A stretch of DNA of 34,396 bases from Candidatus Nomurabacteria bacterium RIFCSPLOWO2_01_FULL_33_17 (GTDB lineage: Bacteria; Patescibacteriota; Minisyncoccia; Phycocordibacterales; UBA9973), in the NCBI GenBank assembly GCA_001786995.1, contig MFUO01000006.1, positions 1-34,396 of the forward strand. Reading direction: 5' to 3'. Under the pieces are notes generated by a model that had not been told where the DNA came from, searched no databases, and saw only the letters and a list, made by a program, of their open reading frames with translations. Both the position numbers and the translations under genes were made by a program. Positions 13,915 through 22,560 of this stretch are shown one piece after another. Position 1 is the first letter of the stretch; each line of letters starts with the position of its first letter.

Positions 13915-15684
13915 ATGAAAACAAAGATAAATTTTAAAAGAATACTATTTTACCTATGGCCACATGTTAAAAAACATTGGTTATCTTTTTCGTTAGTTTT
14001 TGGTGGTTTTGGAATTGGTATAATCTTTGAGGCGATAATTAGACCATATTTATATAAAGAACTTATTGATGCTTTCTCGTCTGGTTTACCAAAAGATATG
14101 ATTTTAAATCAATCCTTAGATCTATTGCTTTTACTTTGTATTGTTATTTTTATTCATCTGATTGGTTTTAGAATTGGAGATTTTAGCCTTGCATATTTTG
14201 AAAGTAAAGTTATGAAAAGACTTCATAATTTTTCATTTAATAAATTATTAGAACATTCCTATAATTTTTTCTCAAGTAATTTTTCAGGTAGTTTAATTGC
14301 TAAATCAAAAAGATTTTCAAAGTCTTTTGAAACTTTTTTTGATGTTATAAGTTTTCAAATTTATTTCTCAATTCTTACATTGTCTGGAATTCTTGTTGTT
14401 TTGTTTATTAAAACTCCAAAGATAGCTTGGATTTTTTTAGCATGGGCATTTATATATGTATTAATAACTTTTCTTTTTATTAAAAAAAAGATCCGATATG
14501 ATCTTTTAGAAGCTGAAGCTGATTCTAATGTAACTGGTAGATTATCTGATTCAATAATAAATATATTAAATATAAAAATATTCAGTAGTTCTTTTTTTGA
14601 AAAAAAATCTTTTGAAAATGTAACACAAGATGAAGAGTTAAAACGTAGAAATAGTTGGCAATTTGGTAATTTCCAAAGTTTAATTCAGTCAATTATGATG
14701 GCATTACTACAAGTAGTAATTATTTTTATTTGTATAAAAATGTGGTATCGAAATGAAATTTCTATTGGTACTATAGTTCTTCTACAGGCGTACATGTTTA
14801 ATCTTTTTGATATTCTTTGGAACCTAGGTCGAGCTATGACAAAAGTCATAAAATCTTTAACTGATATGAAAGAAATGATAGATATTTTTGATTTAAATAC
14901 TGATATTAGTGACCCACAAAATCCCGAAGTTTTGGAAATGAAAAATGGGCATATAAAATTTAATGATGTTAGTTTTTCATATAAAAATGGAAATTCTTTA
15001 ATAAATAAATTAAATTTTGCAATATTACCTGGCGAGCATGTTGGTCTTGTTGGGCATTCAGGAGCTGGTAAATCAACAATTACTAAATTATTGTTACGCT
15101 TTGCTGACACAACAAAAGGTGAAATTACAATTGACAGCCAAAATATCAAAAATGTTTTGCAAGATGATTTAAGATCTGTCATTGCTTATGTTCCACAAGA
15201 CCCAATTTTATTTCATCGAACCATTAAAGAAAATATAATTTATAGTAAACCTGATGTGACAGATGAAGAAATGATAGCTGTTGCCAAGTCAGCATATGCT
15301 CATGAATTTATAAGTAAATTACCAAACGGGTATGATACATTAGTGGGCGAGCGTGGTGTAAAGCTTTCCGGTGGAGAAAGACAACGAGTAGCAATAGCAC
15401 GCGCTATGCTTAAAAATTCCCCAATTCTTGTATTAGACGAAGCCACAAGCTCGCTTGACAGTCTTAGTGAAGGCTATATTCAACAAGCCTTTATAGAACT
15501 AATGAAAAATAAAACAACCCTTGTTATCGCACACCGTCTTTCTACAATTCAAAAAATGGACAGGATTATAGTGCTTGATAATGGGAAAATTGTAGAAGAT
15601 GGAACTCATACAGAATTATTAAATAAAGATGGAATTTATGCCGAACTTTGGAACCACCAAACCGGCGGATTTATTAGTGAATAA
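13915..15684 (+). CDS. ABC exporter, fused permease and ATPase (MsbA/ABCB-like)
   Basis: Six N-terminal helices, Walker A GHSGAGKST, signature LSGGERQR, Walker B ILVLDEATS. ATG 13915 is preferred over the TTG inside the hairpin. Confidence 0.9.
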   Translation: MKTKINFKRILFYLWPHVKKHWLSFSLVFGGFGIGIIFEAIIRPYLYKELIDAFSSGLPKDMILNQSLDLLLLLCIVIFIHLIGFRIGDFSLAYFESKVMKRLHNFSFNKLLEHSYNFFSSNFSGSLIAKSKRFSKSFETFFDVISFQIYFSILTLSGILVVLFIKTPKIAWIFLAWAFIYVLITFLFIKKKIRYDLLEAEADSNVTGRLSDSIINILNIKIFSSSFFEKKSFENVTQDEELKRRNSWQFGNFQSLIQSIMMALLQVVIIFICIKMWYRNEISIGTIVLLQAYMFNLFDILWNLGRAMTKVIKSLTDMKEMIDIFDLNTDISDPQNPEVLEMKNGHIKFNDVSFSYKNGNSLINKLNFAILPGEHVGLVGHSGAGKSTITKLLLRFADTTKGEITIDSQNIKNVLQDDLRSVIAYVPQDPILFHRTIKENIIYSKPDVTDEEMIAVAKSAYAHEFISKLPNGYDTLVGERGVKLSGGERQRVAIARAMLKNSPILVLDEATSSLDSLSEGYIQQAFIELMKNKTTLVIAHRLSTIQKMDRIIVLDNGKIVEDGTHTELLNKDGIYAELWNHQTGGFISE

Positions 15685-15699
15685 TGATATAATAGATTT

Positions 15700-16483
15700 A
15701 TGAAAAAATTTTCTATAAATAATAGATATGGTTTAAATATTATTGGGAGTATTTTAATTCCAGAAAATTCTATTGGTCTAGCGTTTGTATTACATGGACT
15801 GGGGGGGGTTCCAAGCTCAAGATAATATACAACAAATTATAAATGTTTTTTATAAAAATAATTATACAGTTGTAAGTTTTGACGCTACAAATTCTATTGG
15901 TGAATCTGGTGGTAAATATGAAGATGCAACATTGGGTAAACATTATGAAGATTTAGTAGATGTTATTAATTGGTCCAAAAAACAAGAATGGTTTATTAAA
16001 AATTTTATATTAGCCGGGCATAGTATGGGTGGATATGCTGTTTTGCGTTATGCTGAGGAATTTCCTGATGAAGTAAAAGCAGTATTTCCGTATGCACCAG
16101 TAATTTCTGGTGAGCTAAGTATTGAAGCACATAAAAAATTTGAATCAGAAAAATTTAAAATTTGGGAAGAAACTGGTTGGCAAACTAGAATTAGTAAATC
16201 AAAACCAGGTTTAGAAAAGAAATTACCATTTTCACATATAGTAGAGAGATTAAAACATGACTTAAGATTAAAAGCCGAAAATTTAAACATGCCTGTATTC
16301 ATTATTGTTGGTGAAAAAGATGAATCTTGTCCACCAAATCACCAGAAAATTTTTTATGATTTAATACCAAAAGATACAAAAAAAGAATTATATATTGTTA
16401 AAGGAGCTCCACATACAATACGCGAAACTGAGCAAGTTCGTGAATTACTTAATTCTCTGGATTCTTGGCTTAAAAAATTATAA
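15700..16483 (+). pseudogene. alpha/beta hydrolase interrupted by a +1 frameshift in a G8 tract
   Basis: Frame A (15700-15825) encodes MKKFSINN...AFVLHGLGG and then stops. Frame B continues as GGFQAQD...GHSMGG. Seven Gs instead of eight at 15801-15808 would give one continuous ORF. Confidence 0.75.
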
Positions 16484-16523
16484 GTCTTCCATTTTACAAA
16501 CGGCCGTTTCTTAAATGGAAGAC
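16484..16523. repeat. imperfect 40-bp palindrome centred on AAACGGCCGTTT
   Basis: Outer arms GTCTTCCATTT / AAATGGAAGAC, with inner palindrome AAACGGCCGTTT. Confidence 0.85.
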
Positions 16524-16525
16524 TA

Positions 16526-16563
16526 GTATAACAAATTTCAACGGCCGTTGAAATTTGTTATAC
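16526..16563. repeat. 38-bp perfect loop-less palindrome centred on CAACGGCCGTTG
   Basis: GTATAACAAATTTCAACGG followed by its exact reverse complement. Confidence 0.9.
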
Positions 16564-16611
16564 TAACTGAATGATTTGGTTAATTTTATGGGTGCGTGGT
16601 ATTATGAATTT

Positions 16612-17253
16612 ATGAAAATTACAAAGTTGGGGCATTGTTGTTTAGTTATTGAATATAAAGGCAAAAGGATTTTGACTGATCCTGGGTCATATAGCAGTAG
16701 TCAAAATGAAGTCAAAGATATTGATCTTATTTTAATTACTCATGAGCATCCTGACCATTTACACATAGAATCACTTGAAATGATACTTCAAAATAATCCA
16801 CAAATAAAAATAATCACTAATACATCTGTTGGTGAAATAATAAAACAAAAAGGAATTATTTTTGATATTGTTGAAGATGGCCAAAATACAATATTTGATG
16901 AAATATTAATTGAAGGATTTGGAACTAAACATGAAGAAATTTATCAAGAAATGGGCAGGGTACAAAATACTGGTTATTTTATTGATAATAAGCTTTTTTA
17001 TCCCGGAGATGCTTTTACAAATCCTGGGAAGCCTATAGAAATTTTAGCTTTACCAATTGTTGCTCCTTGGATGCATTTTAAAACGGCAATCCAATATGCA
17101 ATAGAGGTTAAACCTAAAACTATTTTTCCAGTGCATGATGGTATGCTTATCCCAGGACGAGTTGGTCCAATATATCGTTTACCACCACAAATTTTTGAAC
17201 CATATAATATTAAATTTATTCCTTTGCAAGAAGGAGAATCTTTTGAAGCATAA
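16612..17253 (+). CDS. MBL-fold metallo-hydrolase
   Basis: HEHPDH motif. ATG 16612 is preferred because TGGTATTAT (16597-16605) lies 6 nt upstream. Confidence 0.8.
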   Translation: MKITKLGHCCLVIEYKGKRILTDPGSYSSSQNEVKDIDLILITHEHPDHLHIESLEMILQNNPQIKIITNTSVGEIIKQKGIIFDIVEDGQNTIFDEILIEGFGTKHEEIYQEMGRVQNTGYFIDNKLFYPGDAFTNPGKPIEILALPIVAPWMHFKTAIQYAIEVKPKTIFPVHDGMLIPGRVGPIYRLPPQIFEPYNIKFIPLQEGESFEA

Positions 17254-17256
17254 TTG

Positions 17257-17265
17257 TGGTATAAT
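17257..17265 (+). promoter_or_regulatory. extended -10 TGGTATAAT
   Basis: Consensus TGnTATAAT, 6 nt upstream of ATG 17272, which opens a 15-codon uORF. Confidence 0.5.
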
Positions 17266-17392
17266 AACGGAATGAGTCCCGTTAGAAGTTATTCAGTTAA
17301 TTTAGGTTTTATACAATAGATTATGTTTAAATCTTTTTATAAGTTATTAGTTAATAAAGGACGCCCTACAAAGTTGGGCTACTTCTAACGGG

Positions 17393-17653
17393 ATGAGCAA
17401 TTGGGCTATTGTTGGAATTATTATTGTGGTGTTATTGATTACATCGCCAGGACGGAGAGTTTTGGTTATTGCTTTTGGTGTTATTTATATTCCGTTACAG
17501 CATATTTTTATGTGGTTGCAAAAAATTAATTTGTCGTTAAAAGATAAAGATCCTTTGTCGTATTATTTGTCTTGCATTGTTATTTATCCTTTATATGCAA
17601 TTATTATTCCATTGTCCAAGCTTTATGAAACTTTTAGTGAATCATCACATTAA
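17393..17653 (+). CDS. small membrane protein, 86 aa
   Basis: Hydrophobic ORF followed by a terminator. Confidence 0.5.
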   Translation: MSNWAIVGIIIVVLLITSPGRRVLVIAFGVIYIPLQHIFMWLQKINLSLKDKDPLSYYLSCIVIYPLYAIIIPLSKLYETFSESSH

Positions 17654-17675
17654 ACCCCATACATGGGGATTTTTT
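17653..17675 (+). terminator. intrinsic terminator
   Basis: CCCCA-TACA-TGGGG followed by a T-run. Confidence 0.7.
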
Positions 17676-17700
17676 CTTAAATATGCTAATATAAATTTAT

Positions 17701-19041
17701 ATGCAAAATAGAATTTTAGTTAAGAACACAAGTGAAAATGTAGGTCAAACCGTGATTATGGCTGGGTGGGTAAATAACCGCCGAGACCAAGGTAAAATGG
17801 TGTTTTTTGACTTACGAGATATGTCTGGAATATTGCAATGTGTGGTGTTACCAAACCATATTGAAGCTCTAGAATCTGCGAAAGATATTCGCCCAGAATG
17901 GGTCTTAAAAATTACTGGAGTTGTAAATAAAAGACCAGAAAAAAATATCAATATAAATATTGTTGGCGGAGATGTAGAATTGGAAGTTACAGAAATTGAA
18001 ATATTAAGTGCTACAAAAGAATTACCATTTGCAAATGACGCCGAGCTTAATTTAGACACACTACTTGATTATCGTCCTTTGACATTGCGACGACAACGCG
18101 AGCAGGCGATATTTAAAGTTCAAAATGTAATTTTACAGTCTTTTAGAGAATTTTTAAATAGTGAAAACTTTACCGAATTTCGTGCACCAGCTATTGTTGG
18201 TGATGATGCCGAAGGTGGAACAGAGGTTTTTAAATTTGATTATTTTTACGACCAAAAAGCATCACTTGCTACAAGTCCACAATTATACAAACAAATGATG
18301 GTTGGTGTATTTGAAAGAGTTTACACAATAGCAAATGTTTTCCGTGCTGAAAAGCATGCCACAACTAGACATTTGAATGAATATACCTCATTGGACTTAG
18401 AAATGGGGTACATAGATGGACCTGTTGATGTAATGAAATTAGAAACAAGATTACTGCGGTATGTTGCAGAATCTTTGAAAGAAAAATGTAGTGCTGAATT
18501 TAAACTACTTGGTGCAGATTTTCCGCTTATCCCAGAAAGTGAAGTTTTCCCAATGATGAAACTAACTGAAGCTCAAGAATTAATTTCACAAGCTACCGGT
18601 GTAGATTGTACAAAAGAACCAGATCTAGATCCTGAGCACGAACGATGGCTTTGTGAATATTCAAAAAAAGAATTTAATTCAGATTTTATTTTTATTACAA
18701 ATTACCCACGAAGTAAAAGACCATTTTATGCAATGGATGATCCCGAGATTGAAGGCCGTACCAAATGTTATGATTTGCTTTTCAGGGGACTTGAACTTAT
18801 TTCCGGATCTCAAAGAGAGCATAGATATGAACAACTTGTAGAAAAAATGAAATTCAAAGGTCTCGATCCAGAAAAATTTAGTTTTTATTTACAAGCATTC
18901 AAATATGGTTTACCACCACATGGAGGTTTGGGTATGGGTTTAGAACGGTTAACCGCTAGATTTTTAAATATACCAAATATAAAAGAAGCAACACTTTTCC
19001 CAAGAGATATTAATCGTATAGATAAAAGATTGAGTGAATAG
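17701..19041 (+). CDS. aspS: aspartate--tRNA ligase, short archaeal/eukaryal-type
   Basis: OB anticodon-binding domain, SPQLYKQ, FRAEKHATTRHLNEYTSLDLEM, GGLGMGLERL. Length is 446 aa. Confidence 0.88.
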   Translation: MQNRILVKNTSENVGQTVIMAGWVNNRRDQGKMVFFDLRDMSGILQCVVLPNHIEALESAKDIRPEWVLKITGVVNKRPEKNININIVGGDVELEVTEIEILSATKELPFANDAELNLDTLLDYRPLTLRRQREQAIFKVQNVILQSFREFLNSENFTEFRAPAIVGDDAEGGTEVFKFDYFYDQKASLATSPQLYKQMMVGVFERVYTIANVFRAEKHATTRHLNEYTSLDLEMGYIDGPVDVMKLETRLLRYVAESLKEKCSAEFKLLGADFPLIPESEVFPMMKLTEAQELISQATGVDCTKEPDLDPEHERWLCEYSKKEFNSDFIFITNYPRSKRPFYAMDDPEIEGRTKCYDLLFRGLELISGSQREHRYEQLVEKMKFKGLDPEKFSFYLQAFKYGLPPHGGLGMGLERLTARFLNIPNIKEATLFPRDINRIDKRLSE

Positions 19042-19042
19042 T

Positions 19043-19816
19043 ATGGATGAAACCGTTTATCAAGTTAAAACGGAAAAGTTTCAAGGGCCACTTGATGTTT
19101 TGTTATCTCTGATTGAGAAAAAGAAAATGCACATTAGTGATGTATCACTGGCAAGTGTAACTGATGATTATATTTCATATCTTTCGGGTAATATCAGTGA
19201 TGATTTACCTAATGTAACTTTGTTTTTGTCTATTGCGGCAACATTGGTTTATATGAAATCTAAAATGTTGCTTGATGACGGGTCATTGCAGGATACCGAG
19301 ATGAATGATGCCGGGCATAATTTGGAAGAAAGATTAAGACTATTATCGTCATTACGAAATGGGACAAATGCATATTTAAATTCTATTCCTTCCCCATATA
19401 TAAAACTTTTAAGAAAAAAGAATTTACTTAGTGTTTCATTTCAACCATATGAATCTGTAAATAAAAAAAATCTTTTTGAAATTGCAAGTTTATTAATTCA
19501 ATCTCTACCCGAAGAAAAAGAAAAATTACAAAAAGTCTCTGTCCTACGCGTTGTATCTCTTGAAGAAATGATTTATAAAATAAATAAAACATTAAAAACT
19601 GTTCAAGGTAAAATTTCTTTTTCAAAACTTGCAAATGCTGCAAGTTTTGATTCTATGAATTTTAAAGAAAAAAAGGTATCTGTGATAATTAGTTTTTTGG
19701 CAGTTTTAGAACTGATGCACGGAGGGCTTTTGAACATTGAGCAAAGCTCTACATATGGTGATATACTATGTGAATCTATGAATGAAATACCAGTAGTAAC
19801 AAAAGATATATCATGA
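19043..19816 (+). CDS. scpA: segregation and condensation protein A
   Basis: FQGPLDVLLSLIEKKKMHISDVSLASVTDDY signature. ATG 19043 lies just after the aspS stop. Confidence 0.85.
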   Translation: MDETVYQVKTEKFQGPLDVLLSLIEKKKMHISDVSLASVTDDYISYLSGNISDDLPNVTLFLSIAATLVYMKSKMLLDDGSLQDTEMNDAGHNLEERLRLLSSLRNGTNAYLNSIPSPYIKLLRKKNLLSVSFQPYESVNKKNLFEIASLLIQSLPEEKEKLQKVSVLRVVSLEEMIYKINKTLKTVQGKISFSKLANAASFDSMNFKEKKVSVIISFLAVLELMHGGLLNIEQSSTYGDILCESMNEIPVVTKDIS

Positions 19817-20358
19817 GTGAACTTGCAAATATAATTGTTGGAATATTATTTTATGAGTCAGATTCATTAAAGCTTGAAGAGCTTGTTAGTTTGACAGGTA
19901 AAAAAGAAGATAAAATAAAAGAAGCAATAAATGAAATTTCTGAAATTTATAATACGTCAAATTCATCTATTAATTTACTTTCGCATAATGATTCATATCA
20001 GTTTACGATAACAGGAGAAGCTCGTGATTTAATAATGGTAAGAGATGCTAAAGAAAGAGATGGTGAATTGTCCCGCGCTGCACTTGAAACATTATCATTG
20101 ATAATATATCTTTCCCATGCTACAAAAAATGAAATTGATTATATTCGTGGGGTTCAAAGTTCTTATATGTTACGAGTGCTTGTGTCTCGAGGTCTTATTG
20201 CACGAGGCTCAAAGTCTGGGAATCAAACAATATATATTCCAACTATAGAAACATTAAGATTTATGGGATTGGAGAAAATAGAAGATATGCCAGATTATGA
20301 AAAAATTCATAATGATTTATCGGTTGCTGCGAAAAATAGTTTTATAATATCAGAATAA
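19813..20358 (+). CDS. scpB: segregation and condensation protein B
   Basis: ATGA overlap with scpA. LSRAALETLSLIIY...EIDYIRGV winged-helix repeats. Confidence 0.85.
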   Translation: MSELANIIVGILFYESDSLKLEELVSLTGKKEDKIKEAINEISEIYNTSNSSINLLSHNDSYQFTITGEARDLIMVRDAKERDGELSRAALETLSLIIYLSHATKNEIDYIRGVQSSYMLRVLVSRGLIARGSKSGNQTIYIPTIETLRFMGLEKIEDMPDYEKIHNDLSVAAKNSFIISE

Positions 20359-20362
20359 TTAT

Positions 20363-21421
20363 ATGTCAGAATCTTCTTTACACATTGCTTCATTACTTGC
20401 ATCTGGCGCAATTGCAGTATTTTTGGGGTTTGGTATTGCTCCTGGTTTTCGACGTTTTGTTTATAAATTTAAACTATGGCGTCAAACTAGTAGATCAGAA
20501 AATACGACAAATTCTAGTTTTCATTTAATTAATAATAAAGAAGAAACAAGTATTCCACGAGTTGGTGGGGCATTGATTATACTTATTACTATATTTACTA
20601 TTTTAATTTTATTTATTTTAGCAAGATTTTCCAATATTTCTGCATTTAATTCATTAGATTTTTTATCTCGATCACAAACATTATTACCATTAGGAGCGTT
20701 TATATTAGCGGGGGCAATTGGATTTTTTGATGATGCAATTGGGATTTGGGGTAAAGGATATTGGGCGACGGATCCGGTTCGTTTACGAATCATTAAATCT
20801 ATATCGATTATATTTTTAGGCTTACTTTTGGGACTTTGGTTTTATGTCAAACTTGGGATATCAACTGTACATATACCATGGTATGGGGATATTAATATTG
20901 GTTTTTTATTTGTACCATTTTTTATACTTGTTTTGTATAGTGTTTTTTCAGGAAGCGTTATTGATGGTATAGATGGTTTGTCCGGAGGAGTATTATTGTC
21001 TTCATTTGGGGCATATGCTGTAATTACATTTTTTAGACATCAATATGATTTGTCTGCATTAGCAGTAATTATACTTGCGAGCTTGCTTGTTTTTTTGTGG
21101 TATAACATTATACCTGCCGAATTTTATATGGGAGAAACGGGGATGGTAGCATTAACAACTTTGATAACAATTTATGCATTTTTTACTGATACTGTATTAC
21201 TTTTACCTATTCTTGTTTTTCCTTTATTTATTACATCTATATCTGTTGTCCTTCAGCTTGTTTCAAAAAAATTACGCCGTGGTAAAAAAATATTTATTAT
21301 TGCTCCACTTCATCATCATTTTGAAGCATTGGGTTGGGGTAGACCCAAAGTTGTAATGCGTTTTTGGATTATAAGCTTTATTACATCACTTATTGGCAGT
21401 GTGTTTGTTTTTGTAAGTTAA
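20363..21421 (+). CDS. mraY: phospho-N-acetylmuramoyl-pentapeptide transferase
   Basis: Polytopic membrane protein with DDAIG, IDGIDGLSGG and PLHHHFE motifs. Confidence 0.9.
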   Translation: MSESSLHIASLLASGAIAVFLGFGIAPGFRRFVYKFKLWRQTSRSENTTNSSFHLINNKEETSIPRVGGALIILITIFTILILFILARFSNISAFNSLDFLSRSQTLLPLGAFILAGAIGFFDDAIGIWGKGYWATDPVRLRIIKSISIIFLGLLLGLWFYVKLGISTVHIPWYGDINIGFLFVPFFILVLYSVFSGSVIDGIDGLSGGVLLSSFGAYAVITFFRHQYDLSALAVIILASLLVFLWYNIIPAEFYMGETGMVALTTLITIYAFFTDTVLLLPILVFPLFITSISVVLQLVSKKLRRGKKIFIIAPLHHHFEALGWGRPKVVMRFWIISFITSLIGSVFVFVS

Positions 21422-21423
21422 AT

Positions 21424-22560
21424 ATGAAAAAGCTTTTTGAATCAGATAAGGTTTTAATAACTACATTTGGATTACTTTTGATTATTGGTTTATTATTTTT
21501 TTTATCTGCATCACTTGGTGTTTTGGCATCTAATGGTGCAAAATTTAATTCAATAATACAAAATCAGCTTCTTTTTGGATTTTTAGGAAGTATAATTTCT
21601 TTTATTATTATAATTCGTATACCAACAACATTTTGGCAAAAGTATGCATCATTATTATTTTTTATATCTTTAATATTAACAGCACTTGTTTATATTCCAG
21701 GAATTGGTATTAGTCATGGTGGTGCTGTGCGTTGGATTGATATTGGTCCTGTTTCTTTTCAACCAAGTGATTTTTTAAAAGCCGGAGTACTTTTATATTT
21801 ATCAGCATTATATTCAAAATTTTTAAATAAAAATAATATTCAAAATAATAAACTAAAACCAATAAATATATTTTCTTTGATAGCACCAGCTGTTATTATT
21901 TTAGGTCTTTGTTCTTTGGTTCTTCTTTTTCAACCAGATACAAAAAGTGTTGTACTTATATTTCTTATGGTATCAGTAATTTTGTTTATTGTTGGTTTAC
22001 CTTATAAAATTATTATAAGTATTTTAGGGATTTTAATAATTGTTACGACAATGCTTATCATGAGTAAGCCATATATAAAAGATAGATTTGAAACTTTTCT
22101 TAATCCAGAAAGAGATCCACGAGGTAGTTCATATCAACTTAAACAATCATTGATTGGATTTGGTAGTGGTGGGTTAATAGGACAAGGATTTGGTCAAAGT
22201 GTTCAAAAATTTAATTTTCTTCCTGAACCACAAGGAGATTCGATTTTTGCTGTTGTTGGTGAAGAAGTTGGTTTTATTGGATCTATAGTTATTATTGGTC
22301 TTTATCTTATTTTTATTTTAAGAGGTATTAAATTAGTCTCAACATTGGAATCACCATTTGGAAGATTGTTTTTTGTTGGGTTTTTTACTTTATTTGCATT
22401 TCAAACATTTCTTAATATTGGTTCAATAACAGGGCTTATTCCATTAACTGGTGTTACATTGCCATTAATGAGTCAAGGTGGAACCTCGTTATTAATAACA
22501 TGTTCTTTGTTTGCAATAGTTGTTAGATTATTATATGAACAAAATAAATTACATAATTAG
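21424..22560 (+). CDS. ftsW: SEDS-family peptidoglycan polymerase (FtsW/RodA)
   Basis: QPSDFLK, FLPEPQGDSIF and PLMSQGGTS motifs. ATG 21424 lies directly after the mraY stop. Confidence 0.85.
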   Translation: MKKLFESDKVLITTFGLLLIIGLLFFLSASLGVLASNGAKFNSIIQNQLLFGFLGSIISFIIIIRIPTTFWQKYASLLFFISLILTALVYIPGIGISHGGAVRWIDIGPVSFQPSDFLKAGVLLYLSALYSKFLNKNNIQNNKLKPINIFSLIAPAVIILGLCSLVLLFQPDTKSVVLIFLMVSVILFIVGLPYKIIISILGILIIVTTMLIMSKPYIKDRFETFLNPERDPRGSSYQLKQSLIGFGSGGLIGQGFGQSVQKFNFLPEPQGDSIFAVVGEEVGFIGSIVIIGLYLIFILRGIKLVSTLESPFGRLFFVGFFTLFAFQTFLNIGSITGLIPLTGVTLPLMSQGGTSLLITCSLFAIVVRLLYEQNKLHN

